Assembly (NCBI GenBank): GCA_037131245.1
Contig: JBAXRK010000011.1
Location: forward strand, 16,699 to 80,698
Reading direction: 5' to 3'
DNA length: 64,000 nt
Origin: Candidatus Omnitrophota bacterium
GTDB lineage: Bacteria; Omnitrophota; Gorgyraeia; Zapsychrales; Fredricksoniimonadaceae
Under the pieces are notes generated by a model, which was not told the origin of the DNA, made no database searches, and was given only the letters and a program-made list of their open reading frames with translations. A program made the translations under genes and the position numbers. This document shows, piece after piece, positions 1 to 10,034 of this stretch. Position 1 is the first letter of the stretch; each line of letters starts with the position of its first letter.

Positions 1-185
1 GGGTGATAATGCAAAAAATTGTAATACTCCTTATACGTGGCATGCCCGCGCTTGAGCCGGCGGTCATAAAGCGAACTGATGAGGGAATGGTCGTGGCTGT
101 TGTCAAAATAAAGGCCCGTCTCCGCGATCAGGAATTCCTGGAACAGGCGAAAATCATCCTCTGACAACTGTTCAACTTTGGTCAT
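1..185 (-). CDS. cheR: Chemotaxis methyltransferase CheR, N-terminal fragment (gene runs off the window start)
   Basis: Not in the ORF track. Minus-strand translation from ATG 185-183 gives MTKVEQLSEDDFRLFQEFLIAETGLYFDNSHDHSLISSLYDRRLKRGHATYKEYYNFLHYH..., which fits the CheR N-terminal helical domain. There is an ATGA overlap with the cheW stop (182-184). Confidence 0.6.
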   Translation of the reverse strand, partial: MTKVEQLSEDDFRLFQEFLIAETGLYFDNSHDHSLISSLYDRRLKRGHATYKEYYNFLHYH

Positions 186-667
186 GTCTTTATTCCGGAC
201 AAACGGGCCAATTCTTCACGGGTCACGATCTTTTCCAGGTCCAGCAGGGTGATCACGCTTTCGCCCACGCGCGCCAGGCCCGACACATACCGCCCCCGGT
301 CCTGTAAAGCGAAGATCTCGGGCGCCGGCTGAATCACGGCAGCCGGGATCATGAGCACTTCACTCACGCTGTCAACGATAAGGCCGATGATCATCGCGTT
401 GACCTTACAAATGATCACCCGCTCTTTCGATCCGGTGTCATTGGCCTTAAGCCCGAACCTTTTCCTTAAGGACGCCACCACCAGCACGCTTTTACGCACA
501 TAGATCACCCCTTCAATAAAATCCGGGGCATGCACCAGCGGCTTGATCTCCTGGACCTTAAGCACTTCCCTGACGCAGCCAATGGGAAAAGCCATCTTCT
601 CGCCTTGCAGGCTGAACACCAGGAACTGGCGCTCGTCTTTTTTCTCGGTCGTTATGTTTCCCATCAT
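182..667 (-). CDS. cheW: Chemotaxis coupling protein CheW
   Basis: ORF 182..739 has a single CheW-like domain (QFLVFSLQGEKMAFPIGCVREVL...GLIVDSVSEVL). I trimmed the start to the ATG pair at 667/664, 4 nt after the cheB stop. The longer ORF would overlap cheB. Confidence 0.85.
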   Translation of the reverse strand: MMGNITTEKKDERQFLVFSLQGEKMAFPIGCVREVLKVQEIKPLVHAPDFIEGVIYVRKSVLVVASLRKRFGLKANDTGSKERVIICKVNAMIIGLIVDSVSEVLMIPAAVIQPAPEIFALQDRGRYVSGLARVGESVITLLDLEKIVTREELARLSGIKT

Positions 668-671
668 AGCT

Positions 672-1739
672 TTACGCCCCCTTGCCCGCCATCTTGACGA
701 TCTCGGCTGCGATATCGCCCAACGGGCTAACGCGATCAATGCACCCCAGGTCGATCGCTTCCTTCGGCATGCCGAAGACCACGCAACTCGCCTGATCCTG
801 CGCGATGGTCCGCCCGCCGCGCGCCTTAACCTCTTTCATCCCCCGGGCGCCGTCCTTGCCCATGCCGGTCAAGATCACCGCGATAGCGCTCTCGCCGTAC
901 GCGCGGGCCACCGATTCCAACAAGCAACTGGCGGAAGGCTTATGCCCGTCGTAAAGCGGTTCGTCCGATAGCAGCAGCGTCCCCTGCGCGCTCACCCGCA
1001 TCTGCAGGTCGCAGGGCGCCAGGTAAACCACACCCGGCTCGATCGCCTCGCCCTGCTGGCCGATGCGGACATTGAACCGGCATTCTCCCCGAAGCCAATG
1101 GGCGAACTGCTCGAGAAAGCCGCTGGTAATGTGCTGAACGATCACGATGCCGTAAGGCAGGTCATGCGGCAGCGCCTTAAGAACCGTCAGGATCGCCATC
1201 GGCCCGCCGGTCGACGCCACGATGGCCAGAAGCCTCTCGGACGCTTTCAGCAGCGTGGTTCCCGTCGCCTGGTCATCCGCCATCATGGCCGCCCGGCCTT
1301 CCATCTTGGCCAGCATATGATGCACCACCTTGATACGGCTAAGCAGCTTGATGCTGTCAATGAACTTGCGGCCCAGGACCTCGTTGGTCGCGATCTCACT
1401 GATATCAATAAGATCCAACGCCCCGTAGGAAACGGCCCGGAACATGCGCTCGACCCCGTCAGATTGAACAGCGGCGGAAGCGATCAGGATGGGTGTCGGG
1501 CAATGCGCCATGATCTGCTTGGTCGCCTCGTAACCGTCCATGATCGGCATGTGGATATCCATGGTAATGATATCCGGCTTAAGGCTCATGGCGAGCTCCA
1601 CGGCCTCTTTACCGTTGTGGGCGGTCGCGACCACCTTGATGCCCGGGTCTGACCCCAGGAGGGTCGCGATGACCCGCGCGATGACCGGCGAGTCTTCAGC
1701 GATAAGGACTTTAACTATTTTCCTGACTTCCATATCCAT
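672..1739 (-). CDS. cheB: Protein-glutamate methylesterase CheB (receiver + methylesterase)
   Basis: 355 aa. N-terminal receiver (VLIAEDSPV...DIITMDIHMPIMDG) followed by the CheB catalytic domain (VASTGGP, LTGMGKDG, QDQASCVVFGMP). Confidence 0.9.
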   Translation of the reverse strand: MDMEVRKIVKVLIAEDSPVIARVIATLLGSDPGIKVVATAHNGKEAVELAMSLKPDIITMDIHMPIMDGYEATKQIMAHCPTPILIASAAVQSDGVERMFRAVSYGALDLIDISEIATNEVLGRKFIDSIKLLSRIKVVHHMLAKMEGRAAMMADDQATGTTLLKASERLLAIVASTGGPMAILTVLKALPHDLPYGIVIVQHITSGFLEQFAHWLRGECRFNVRIGQQGEAIEPGVVYLAPCDLQMRVSAQGTLLLSDEPLYDGHKPSASCLLESVARAYGESAIAVILTGMGKDGARGMKEVKARGGRTIAQDQASCVVFGMPKEAIDLGCIDRVSPLGDIAAEIVKMAGKGA

Positions 1740-1748
1740 TCGATCGCC

Positions 1749-3974
1749 CTAACCTATCAACCTTTTGATCGAATCGAGCAAGGCCGACTGATCAAAAGAT
1801 GTTTTAACGATATACGCCGATGCGCCCACATCGATGCCGTGCTTTTTGTGTTCTTCCTTGTCGAGGGCCGTCACCAGGATGAAGGGGATATCGCTATGCT
1901 CGGTGCTTTTCTTGATGCGCTCGCAAAGCTCGAAGCCGGTCATGCGCGGCATCTCGACATCGGAAACCACCAGGTCATACTTGGTGCGGGTCACACGCTC
2001 CCAACCGTCCAAACCGTCAACGGCGGTATCGACCGAATAACCGATCGACTCAATAAGATGCTTCACCAACTCGCGGGTGGAGAAAGCGTCGTCACAGACC
2101 AGGATCTTCTTGCCCGCCGCCTTACTCTTAAGGGAGGGGCCCTTGCCCGGACGCCGCGACATGGCCGCCGGGTGCCCGAGGCAACTGCTCTGCAGCAGGT
2201 CATCGACGTCGAGCACAACCACCACTTCCCCGGTCCACAGGACGGTGGCGCCGCTGACATTCTTCACTTTTCCCAAATGAGCGCCAAGACCCTTGATGAA
2301 CACTTCTTCCTCGCCGACGATCTGATCGACCACGAAACCGACCTTCTTCTCCAGGGAAGACACCACGACCACCGGCAGGCCCTTGGCTACCTTGGTTTTC
2401 TTCTCTTCCTCCTCCTGTGAAAGCGACGGCAGGGTGAGAGTCTCGCTCAGGCGCGCCAGGGGCAACGTCTGCCCGCGCACATTAACGGCCATGCGCCCTT
2501 CCATGGTCACCACATCAGCAACGCTCACGGTCAGGCTTTCGGTAATAGACGTAACGGGAATAGCGCATAAAAGGTCGCGGGCCCGCACCAGCAAGACCTG
2601 AATGATGGCAATGGTGAGCGGCAGGATCAGGGTAAAAACAGTCCCCTTGCCCGGCGTCGACTCAAGCAGGACCTTGCCCTTAAGGCCCTCAATATCCCGC
2701 CGGACAATATCGAGCCCGATCCCGCGGCCGGAAATATCGGTAATAATGGGGCTGGTGGAAAAACCGTTCATGAAGATCAGGTTGATGATCTCTTTCTCGC
2801 TCATCTTTTTAACTTCTTCTTCAGCGAGCAGGCCTTTGCGCACCACCGACTCCTTGATGCGCTCGGGGTCGATGCCCTGGCCGTCATCACTGATCTTGAT
2901 GACCACCGCGCCGGCTTCGTGATAGGCGGAAATAGTGATATTTCCCGTCGGCAACTTCCCGGCGGCTTTTCTTTTGTCGGCCGCTTCCAACCCATGGTCA
3001 ACAGCATTGCGCAGGATATGCATCAGCGGCGACTTGAGGCCCTCGAGGACTTTCTTGTCGAGCTCGGTATCGCCGCCCTCGATGACCAGGTTGATCTCCT
3101 TGCCTTTTTCCCGCGCGATATCACGCGCCATCCGGGGCAGGCCCTCGAGAATGGTCGAAATAGGGAGCATCCGCAGTTCTTTCATATTCGACTGCAGCTC
3201 ATCGATGACCGGATTAAGGTGGAACGCCTCGACCGTGAAACTTTCCCACAGGTCGGAGGAGACTTCTTTTAACTTCTGCGCCTGCGCGCTGCAGCGGCTG
3301 AGCAGCTTATGAACCTCCTCGCGCCGGTCGGCATTGTCCCTGAGCGTCTCATCGATGGTGGCCAGGATCCCCTGAAGGTCCTTGGAAAGCTGGCTCATTT
3401 TCTTGGCGCGGGAGATCTTGGCCGACGAATTCATCTTGTTGATGACCATCTCCCCGATCAGGTTAAGCAGCTTGTTCACCCGGCTGAGCGGCACGCGCAC
3501 ATATTCCCCCGCCACATCCGCGTTCTTTGCCGCCGGCTCCGACTTGACAGCCGTCTCAACAGTAGGCGCTTTAACGACGTCAACGATCGTACCCGCGGGC
3601 TGGCATTCATCCAGGTCCCGGCAAGCCCCGGTAACATCGATATCAGCTTTTTCCCCCTTGGCCACTTTTTCCAGCACCAGCTTTACCAGGTCGATGCCCT
3701 TAAAGATCCGGTCGGCCATCAGCGGCGTGAACGCCAGCTGGCGGTTACAGACCTTTTCAAAAATATTCTCGATGCGATGCGTGACATCCTGGATCTCCTT
3801 GAACCCGAACACCCGCGCGGCACCTTTAAGCGTATGCGCCACCCGGTTGAGCTCTTTGGCCAGCTCCATATTCGCCGGGGACTTCTCAAGCTCGACCAGG
3901 CCTTTTTCCAGGCTGACGACATATTCGCCGGCCTCGGCCCGGAACATCGCGATGAACTCGTCTTTCTGAGACAT
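1749..3974 (-). CDS. cheA: Chemotaxis histidine kinase CheA with fused C-terminal receiver (CheA-REC)
   Basis: 741 aa. Hpt domain with HTLKGAARVFGF, then HATPase motifs (NAVDHGLE, DDGQGID, GRGIGLD) and a CheW-like P5 domain. A canonical receiver follows (ILVCDDAFS...LVVSDVEMP...LVTA...IVKTSF). No obvious P2 domain. Confidence 0.9.
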   Translation of the reverse strand: MSQKDEFIAMFRAEAGEYVVSLEKGLVELEKSPANMELAKELNRVAHTLKGAARVFGFKEIQDVTHRIENIFEKVCNRQLAFTPLMADRIFKGIDLVKLVLEKVAKGEKADIDVTGACRDLDECQPAGTIVDVVKAPTVETAVKSEPAAKNADVAGEYVRVPLSRVNKLLNLIGEMVINKMNSSAKISRAKKMSQLSKDLQGILATIDETLRDNADRREEVHKLLSRCSAQAQKLKEVSSDLWESFTVEAFHLNPVIDELQSNMKELRMLPISTILEGLPRMARDIAREKGKEINLVIEGGDTELDKKVLEGLKSPLMHILRNAVDHGLEAADKRKAAGKLPTGNITISAYHEAGAVVIKISDDGQGIDPERIKESVVRKGLLAEEEVKKMSEKEIINLIFMNGFSTSPIITDISGRGIGLDIVRRDIEGLKGKVLLESTPGKGTVFTLILPLTIAIIQVLLVRARDLLCAIPVTSITESLTVSVADVVTMEGRMAVNVRGQTLPLARLSETLTLPSLSQEEEEKKTKVAKGLPVVVVSSLEKKVGFVVDQIVGEEEVFIKGLGAHLGKVKNVSGATVLWTGEVVVVLDVDDLLQSSCLGHPAAMSRRPGKGPSLKSKAAGKKILVCDDAFSTRELVKHLIESIGYSVDTAVDGLDGWERVTRTKYDLVVSDVEMPRMTGFELCERIKKSTEHSDIPFILVTALDKEEHKKHGIDVGASAYIVKTSFDQSALLDSIKRLIG

Positions 3975-3994
3975 AAGGAACGCTCCGTGAACAA

Positions 3995-5491
3995 TTATCC
4001 GAGCTTGACCTTTTCGGTGGCCGCCTTGAGCTTTTTAGCCAGCTCGCTCAGCGCCCCGGCGGATACAGCCGCCTGCTTGGTCGCTACCGCGAACTGCCGC
4101 GTTACGGTATTGATATTCTGCATCGCCTGCACCGTCTGTTCAGATGCCGAACGCTGCTGCTGGGTGGCGATCGAGATCTCTTTCGCCGACCCGGCGGTCT
4201 CCTGGATCATCTCCACCCCGCGAGCGACCCACTTGAGCGAATCCTCAATACCCATGACGGTCGCGTTAACCTCGGCCTGGATCTCCATGATCAGCTGGCG
4301 GATCTCTTCCGTTGACTCCGATGAGCGCTCGGCGAGCTTGCGCACTTCCTGCGCCACCACCGCGAACCCCTTGCCCGCCTCGCCGGCGCGCGCCGCTTCG
4401 ATCGCGGCATTTAGCGCCAGCATGTTGGTTTGGCCGGCGATCTCGTCAATTAATGTCGTAATGTTCCCGATGGACTGCGACTTTTCGCCAAGCGCCATGA
4501 TCTTCTTGGCGGTGCCGTCCACCCGGATATTGATCTCCTGCATCCCCACCATGGTCCGTTCGGCCGTCCGGGCCACATTCTCGGCGTTCTGCGCGATCAT
4601 GGACGCGGTCGCCGCCAGCTCTTTGACCGTTGTTGAGGCCTGATTGACGGCGGAAGCCTGTTCGGAAGCGCCGGCCACCTGGTCCTGGGAAGAAGCGCAC
4701 ATCTCACCCGACGATGTATTGATCTGCTCCCCCGCTTCCCGAATCTGGACAATAAGGGAAGAAAGATTATCGGCCAGACCATTGAACATCACGCCCAACC
4801 GGCCAATCTCATCACGCAGGTCAATATCCCCCTGAACGATACGACTGCTGAAATCCCCCTGGCCCAGCCGGTCGATCGTGACGCTCATCCGCTCCAAAGG
4901 CCGCATGATGAACCGGCTGAAAATATAATAGAGCGCTCCCAACACGAAAATAATAAAGATAAGCTGAATAAGGCCCATGCTGAGCAGGTCCTGGAACACC
5001 TCGCCCAGATCGGCCTGGGACAAGATGGTCATGCCGAGTGCCGCCATCGGCACCCCTTCCGAAACTCCCGTGTGGCAGGTCAGGCATTGTTTCTCGGCGA
5101 TGATCGGCGAAATAGAATGGACTGCCGCCGAATGATTAATGGTCAGTTCCTGGCTGGCTTCTTTGCCGGTCAAGAGCACCTGCTGTTCCAGGACATCCCG
5201 GGGCGAAGCTCCGGGCTTGACCCCCAATTCCTTTTCCAGCGCTTCCGACCGGATGACCCGTACTTCGTTGACCGCCTTAATGCCGCGGACCTTCCCCAGA
5301 TAATTATCCAGAACCGCCTGCTGGCCGGACAGCATCAAGCCCCCGACGGATTCCCGGATAACGCCGGCCAGGACGGACACGTCGCGCGTGGACTGACGGA
5401 CGGACGACCGGAACAAGGCAAACTGCACCCATCCCATCCCGATAAGCAGGATAACGAGCGTGGAGAGCAAGAACTTCGTTCTTATTTTCAT
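3995..5491 (-). CDS. Methyl-accepting chemotaxis protein with a periplasmic CxxCH (putative heme-c) sensor domain
   Basis: 498 aa. Order is TM, ~150-aa periplasmic domain containing CLTCH (5072..5086), TM, HAMP, then an MCP signalling domain ([30 protein letters not shown]). ATGA overlap with the upstream MCP. Confidence 0.85.
   Translation of the reverse strand: MKIRTKFLLSTLVILLIGMGWVQFALFRSSVRQSTRDVSVLAGVIRESVGGLMLSGQQAVLDNYLGKVRGIKAVNEVRVIRSEALEKELGVKPGASPRDVLEQQVLLTGKEASQELTINHSAAVHSISPIIAEKQCLTCHTGVSEGVPMAALGMTILSQADLGEVFQDLLSMGLIQLIFIIFVLGALYYIFSRFIMRPLERMSVTIDRLGQGDFSSRIVQGDIDLRDEIGRLGVMFNGLADNLSSLIVQIREAGEQINTSSGEMCASSQDQVAGASEQASAVNQASTTVKELAATASMIAQNAENVARTAERTMVGMQEINIRVDGTAKKIMALGEKSQSIGNITTLIDEIAGQTNMLALNAAIEAARAGEAGKGFAVVAQEVRKLAERSSESTEEIRQLIMEIQAEVNATVMGIEDSLKWVARGVEMIQETAGSAKEISIATQQQRSASEQTVQAMQNINTVTRQFAVATKQAAVSAGALSELAKKLKAATEKVKLG
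4001..4693 (-). repeat. MCP signalling-module paralogous repeat, copy 1 of 4 (693 nt)
   Basis: A 231-codon block, collinear without gaps with the blocks at 5539..6231, 10067..10759 and 12078..12770. It shares long identical nucleotide runs such as agcttgcgcacttcctgcgccaccaccgcgaa. Confidence 0.8.
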
Positions 5492-6954
5492 GCCTTTCCT
5501 CCCGCAGCACGCTCTGAGCTCCCGGCCACCTGATCATTAAGCTTGAAGCCGGCGATCGCTGTTTTTAATTTGCCTGCCAGATCGGTGAGCGCCGCGGCGG
5601 ACGCCGCCGCCTGCTTGGTCGATATCGTGAACTGCCGGGTCACCCCGTTGATGTTCTGCATGGCCTGTACCGTCTGGTCGGAGGCGGTCCGCTGCTGCTG
5701 GGTCGCGATGGATATCTCTTTGGCCGACCCCGCGGTCTCGCGGATCATCTCCATGCCGCGCGCCACCCACTTAAGCGAATCCTCGATGCCCATCACCGTC
5801 GCGTTGGTCTCGGCCTGGATCTCGGTGATCAGCTGGCGGATCTCTTCCGTCGATTCCGATGAGCGCTCAGCCAGCTTGCGCACTTCCTGAGCCACCACCG
5901 CGAAGCCCCGCCCCGCTTCACCGGCCCGCGCCGCTTCGATAGCGGCATTAAGCGCCAGCAGATTGGTCTGCGCCGCGATGCCGTCGATCAGTTTCGTGAT
6001 GTTCCCGATAGATTGCGATTTCTCGCCGAGCGCCATGATCTTCTTGGCGGTCGCGTCCACCCGGATATTGATCTCCTGCATCCCGGCCATCGTCCGCTCA
6101 GCCGTGCGCGCCACATTCTCGGCATTCTGCGCGATCTGGGACGCGGTGGCGGCCAACTCCTTGACGGTCGTAGAAGCTTCATTCACTGCCGACGCCTGCT
6201 CGGTCGCGCCCGTCACCTGATCCTGAGACGAGGCTTGGATCTGGGAGGCCGCCGCGTCGATCGCGAGCGATCCTTTTTTAACCTGCAGGACCAGCCCCGC
6301 GATCTTGCCTATAAAAACATTGAACCATTTGGCCACGTCCCCGATCTCGTCCTTGCCGCCGTCGTCCATGCGGCGCGTAAGGTCCCCTTCGCCCGCCTGT
6401 AGATTTTTGATCATCCCGGCCAAAGGCACCTTGATGATCCGGTTAACGATAAATCCGACCAGCAGGAAGATCACCAGATTGATCACGATCAGCCGGATAA
6501 TGGCCGTCTCCATCATCAGGGAGATCTTTTGATGAAGCGGGCCGTCATCGCGGTATAAAAAGATCTTCCCCAGATCCTGGTTCTTCGAACCATAAAGGAT
6601 ATTGGACTTTTTATCAGGCTCCGGCCGGGGGAATTCCTTGATCTTGACCGGCGCGCCTTTAAGGTCCTTGGCCATCCCGGCAATGATCTCGCCTTTAGGA
6701 TCCACGACCAGGACCGCCTGAACGCCTTTATCGAACAACTGCACTTCAAGCAGTTTTTCGATCTGGTAGATCGTGAAATCATACACCGCCTGTGGCAGGA
6801 GCATGGCCAGCCGCTGCATCATCGCCGTGTACCCTGCCTCGCGATCCTCAACCAGCGCCCGGCGTTCCATACTGACGTTTACCAGCTCGAAAGCGCTGAT
6901 CACCAGCGTGACCGCGGCCAAGATACTGAAAACCAGTTTTTTCTGAATTGACAT
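5488..6954 (-). CDS. Methyl-accepting chemotaxis protein (small periplasmic domain of unknown type)
   Basis: ORF 5488..6987, trimmed to ATG 6954 ([15 protein letters not shown]...) which has AAGGA 7 nt upstream. Two TM helices, HAMP and a conserved MCP signalling domain. Confidence 0.85.
   Translation of the reverse strand: MSIQKKLVFSILAAVTLVISAFELVNVSMERRALVEDREAGYTAMMQRLAMLLPQAVYDFTIYQIEKLLEVQLFDKGVQAVLVVDPKGEIIAGMAKDLKGAPVKIKEFPRPEPDKKSNILYGSKNQDLGKIFLYRDDGPLHQKISLMMETAIIRLIVINLVIFLLVGFIVNRIIKVPLAGMIKNLQAGEGDLTRRMDDGGKDEIGDVAKWFNVFIGKIAGLVLQVKKGSLAIDAAASQIQASSQDQVTGATEQASAVNEASTTVKELAATASQIAQNAENVARTAERTMAGMQEINIRVDATAKKIMALGEKSQSIGNITKLIDGIAAQTNLLALNAAIEAARAGEAGRGFAVVAQEVRKLAERSSESTEEIRQLITEIQAETNATVMGIEDSLKWVARGMEMIRETAGSAKEISIATQQQRTASDQTVQAMQNINGVTRQFTISTKQAAASAAALTDLAGKLKTAIAGFKLNDQVAGSSERAAGGKA
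5539..6231 (-). repeat. MCP signalling-module paralogous repeat, copy 2 of 4
   Basis: Same 231-codon block; see copy 1. Confidence 0.8.
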
Positions 6955-6967
6955 AACCACATCCTTG

Positions 6968-7774
6968 TTATTTCGTTGCCGGCGCATTCGCGACAGCCGG
7001 TGCCCAGTCCGCTATTTTATACCTGGCCAGGATCTCGGCCAATTTACCTGATCCCCGCAATGCCGCGATGCCATCCGCCCATACCTTCATCATCTTCTGC
7101 GTGCGTTCCCGGGAAACAGGAGAGAAAGCGATATAGATCGCCTGCTCTTCATTGACCTTGCCGGCCGGCGTGAGCGCGTCCTCAGGTAAGACCTGTTCCT
7201 TAAGCGCGTTGGCGATCACATGATCGTTCTCGACGATCACGTCCACCCGGCCGGCCAGCAGTTTCTGGATGTTGAACGCCAGGGCTTTTTCACCGGAAGA
7301 TTTTTGCACATCCGGCAGTTCGCCGATACCGATATACGCGTCGACCGGGCCTTCATCATAAGAATAGCCCTGGACAACGCCGAGCCTTCTGCCGGCCAGG
7401 GAACTGACCTGGTTGAAAACCCAGGGATCCCCCTTTTTGACAAAAAATAAATTCTGAATGGTCCCGATGGGCTGCTCCGGAAAAATGCAACGCGGACAGT
7501 CTGAATGCCCGGCGCCGACGATCGCGTCGATCTTGCCGGCCTGCACCTCTTCCACGTCGCGCGTCCAGGCGTGCGACTGATAATCGACGGTATAACCCGC
7601 CGGTTCGAATATCGCCTTAAGGACCTCAATACAATAACCCTGGCGCGCGCTCTGGGCATCCCCCGTGTAGGGCATCCAGGGATCGGCCGCGACGGTAATG
7701 GTCTCCGCCGCCGCCAGCCTCATGAGCGATAGAAAAAGCATGAACAGAACAAAAACGCCCATTGATCTTTTCAT
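6968..7774 (-). CDS. Periplasmic solute-binding protein, family 3 (SBP_bac_3-like), no cognate transporter nearby
   Basis: Signal peptide [23 protein letters not shown], then [13 protein letters not shown]...[11 protein letters not shown]...[10 protein letters not shown], typical of family-3 SBPs. Start is at 7774 (AGGA 5 nt upstream) or 7780. Confidence 0.7.
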   Translation of the reverse strand: MKRSMGVFVLFMLFLSLMRLAAAETITVAADPWMPYTGDAQSARQGYCIEVLKAIFEPAGYTVDYQSHAWTRDVEEVQAGKIDAIVGAGHSDCPRCIFPEQPIGTIQNLFFVKKGDPWVFNQVSSLAGRRLGVVQGYSYDEGPVDAYIGIGELPDVQKSSGEKALAFNIQKLLAGRVDVIVENDHVIANALKEQVLPEDALTPAGKVNEEQAIYIAFSPVSRERTQKMMKVWADGIAALRGSGKLAEILARYKIADWAPAVANAPATK

Positions 7775-7783
7775 GACCATCCT

Positions 7784-8896
7784 TTACTGTTGGGGAAACT
7801 TCTCCAGCGCTTTCGACCCGTCAACAACCTCTTCAATAAAATCTTTTCCCGTCAGGTCAATACCCAATGCCTGCGCCCGCAGCTTATTGGAGATGATCTT
7901 GCCGCGGGACGGCGAGATGACCGCGATATCGCCGGGGGCTTTTTTCTGATGCAGGATCATGTCCGCCATCCGGCCGGCTTCGTAGCCCTGCTTGTAGCCG
8001 GCATCATCCGCGGTGACCAACATACCTTCTTTAACGAACTGCTCCTCCGGCACGGCTTCCGGCTTTTTAATATTCGCCAGGTACCACGCGCCGACTTTAA
8101 GAGAATCCACAGAACTGCCTTCCTCATCCTTAAGGGTCGAATGGTTCACCACAAAGAACGCGTCCACCTTGCCCGCCAGCTCCTGCGCGCGGGTTTTCCA
8201 TTCCGCAAAAGAATCTGTCGCCACCCGGTCAACGAGCGTCAGCGGCACCTTGCCGCCTTCCGCGAGCAAGGCGATCGCCCCGGATTTCGCCCGGCCGGTC
8301 TCGGAATCATCCGACAGGATCGCGAAGGTCTTGACAGACGGCACCAGTTTCAACAGATTCTCCAGGCACTCTTTATAGTAGCCCGACTGATAAACACCGG
8401 TCACATTGCGCCCGGGATGCTCGAGGCTGTCCAGGTAACCATAGCGCATCGGGTAAAGATCGACGCCCCAGAACACCACCGGCGTGGGTGTGTTGACCAG
8501 CCGCGCGCCCACAAAATTGACCGCGTTGTCATCACCCAGGAAAACCAGGTCAGGCTTGAATTCCTTGACCAGATCCGTTACCGCGGCCGCGGAGGCCTTG
8601 ATCTCGTCTTTCTTGGACTTGCGCTTGGTGTCCATCCACGCCTTCTTGATGATCACGGTATCCGTCTCGATACGGTCATCTTTGGTGAACTCCTCCACCT
8701 GCTGGTCGGTGTCCAGGAACTTGAAATCTTTGAAGGCGGCGCAAAGACCCTTGTTGGTCTCCTGCGACCAGAGATATTCCCGGTGATAACTGCTCACCAC
8801 CAGGATCTTGAGCTTATCAGCCGCGGCCCGGGCAGGCAGCGCCACACCCGACACAAACACCGTCAACATCACCAGGAAACAAAAGATCTTTTTCAT
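7784..8896 (-). CDS. Periplasmic binding protein, ABC_sub_bind (PF04392-like) family, orphan
   Basis: ORF 7784..8974, trimmed to ATG 8896 (MKKIFCFLVMLTVFVSGVALPARA signal peptide, GGAGG upstream). Motifs [28 protein letters not shown] and [15 protein letters not shown] fit the PF04392 pattern. It is a paralogue of the next gene. Confidence 0.65.
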   Translation of the reverse strand: MKKIFCFLVMLTVFVSGVALPARAAADKLKILVVSSYHREYLWSQETNKGLCAAFKDFKFLDTDQQVEEFTKDDRIETDTVIIKKAWMDTKRKSKKDEIKASAAAVTDLVKEFKPDLVFLGDDNAVNFVGARLVNTPTPVVFWGVDLYPMRYGYLDSLEHPGRNVTGVYQSGYYKECLENLLKLVPSVKTFAILSDDSETGRAKSGAIALLAEGGKVPLTLVDRVATDSFAEWKTRAQELAGKVDAFFVVNHSTLKDEEGSSVDSLKVGAWYLANIKKPEAVPEEQFVKEGMLVTADDAGYKQGYEAGRMADMILHQKKAPGDIAVISPSRGKIISNKLRAQALGIDLTGKDFIEEVVDGSKALEKFPQQ

Positions 8897-8921
8897 GCGC
8901 TCCCCTCCAGTATAAGCTTCG

Positions 8922-10034
8922 TTACGGTTGCGGAAATTTCTCCAGGGCCTTCGACCCGTCAACCAACTCTTCAATGAAATCCTTACCCGTCAAGTCCAGA
9001 CCCAGGGCCTTCGCCCGCAGCTTATTGGCCATGATCGGCCCGCGGCTGGGCGTGATGACCTCGATCCCTGCCGGGCTCTTCTTCTGATGCAACACCAGGT
9101 CGGCCATTCTGCCCGCTTCATAACCCTGCTTGTAACCGGAATCATCCGCGCCGATCAGCAAGCCCTCCTGCACCAAATGCCCTTCCGCGACCGCTTCCGG
9201 TTTTTTAATGTTCGTCAGATACCAGGCACCGACCTCCAGCATGTCCACCGGCTTGCCCGCGTCATCCTTCAGCGTCCCGATATTGACGATAAAGAACGCG
9301 TCCACCTTGGCCTGAAGTTCCAGCGCGCGCGCTTTCCAATCCGTAAAGGAATTAGTGACCACCTCATCCACCAACTGCAGCGGCAACTGCCCCTGGGCGG
9401 CCTGCTTGTCGAGGGCCTTCACCTTGGCCCGGCCGGTCTCGGACTCATCCGACAAAATAGCGAAGGTCTTGATCGCGGGATAAATTTTTTTAAGGCTCTC
9501 GAGGCCTTCTTTGTAATAACCGGACTTGTAAACGCCCGTCATATTATGCCCGGGATGCTCGTAATTCTCGATATAACCGTATTTCATGGGATTTACCGCG
9601 ACGCCCCAGAAAATGACCGGCGTGGGTGTATTGATCAACTTGGCCCCCACGTAATTGACCGCGTTGTCATTGCCCAGCAAGACCAGGTCAGGCTTGAAAG
9701 CGGCGATCTCGGCCTCGACCGCCGTTGTCGCGGCGAGGATATCCTCTTTCTTCGACTTCTTTTTCGTGTCCATCCAAAGTTTCTTGATCACGGCATTCGA
9801 TGATTCCACCGCGTCATTCTTCGTAAAGTCAGCGATCTGCTGATCGTTCTCCAAGAATTTCATTTCTTTGAACGCCGCGCAAAGGCCCTTGTTAGTCTCC
9901 TGCGACCAGATATAATCACGACTGTAACTGCTCACCACCAAAAGGCGCTGTTTGGCGGTTGCCGCATGGACCGCCGTCACCACTCCCGACACGCCGAACA
10001 ATACCATAGCCATCCCGACCCTTAACAATCTCAT
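8922..10034 (-). CDS. Periplasmic binding protein, ABC_sub_bind (PF04392-like) family, orphan (tandem paralogue)
   Basis: 370 aa with a signal peptide. Collinear with 7784..8896 over its full length (e.g. [30 protein letters not shown] vs [32 protein letters not shown]). ATGA overlap with the upstream MCP stop. Confidence 0.65.
   Translation of the reverse strand: MRLLRVGMAMVLFGVSGVVTAVHAATAKQRLLVVSSYSRDYIWSQETNKGLCAAFKEMKFLENDQQIADFTKNDAVESSNAVIKKLWMDTKKKSKKEDILAATTAVEAEIAAFKPDLVLLGNDNAVNYVGAKLINTPTPVIFWGVAVNPMKYGYIENYEHPGHNMTGVYKSGYYKEGLESLKKIYPAIKTFAILSDESETGRAKVKALDKQAAQGQLPLQLVDEVVTNSFTDWKARALELQAKVDAFFIVNIGTLKDDAGKPVDMLEVGAWYLTNIKKPEAVAEGHLVQEGLLIGADDSGYKQGYEAGRMADLVLHQKKSPAGIEVITPSRGPIMANKLRAKALGLDLTGKDFIEELVDGSKALEKFPQP

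Noticed and set aside
3309-4643. 444-aa plus-strand ORF, together with many other long ORFs antisense to confident genes (e.g. 7790..8977, 8928..9803, 12226..13200, 16169..16831, 17324..18079, 29963..31255, 33642..34403, 54350..55969).
   Set aside because: All lie opposite genes with clear family signatures. Their translations are low-complexity Arg/Ala/Ser/Pro-rich strings with no motifs. This is the usual shadow-ORF artefact of GC-rich coding DNA.
7784-8974. N-terminal extensions of several track ORFs (e.g. 182..739, 5488..6987, 7784..8974, 13625..14179, 23596..24843, 29092..30162, 35634..36719, 37392.., 53471..53992, 53887..54351, 55928..57013, 59036..59695).
   Set aside because: The track starts at the first ATG/GTG/TTG after a stop. 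In each case an internal ATG with an SD, a signal peptide or the family-typical N-terminus removes a long overlap with the upstream gene. I therefore used the shorter forms (start uncertainty remains up to a few tens of nt).
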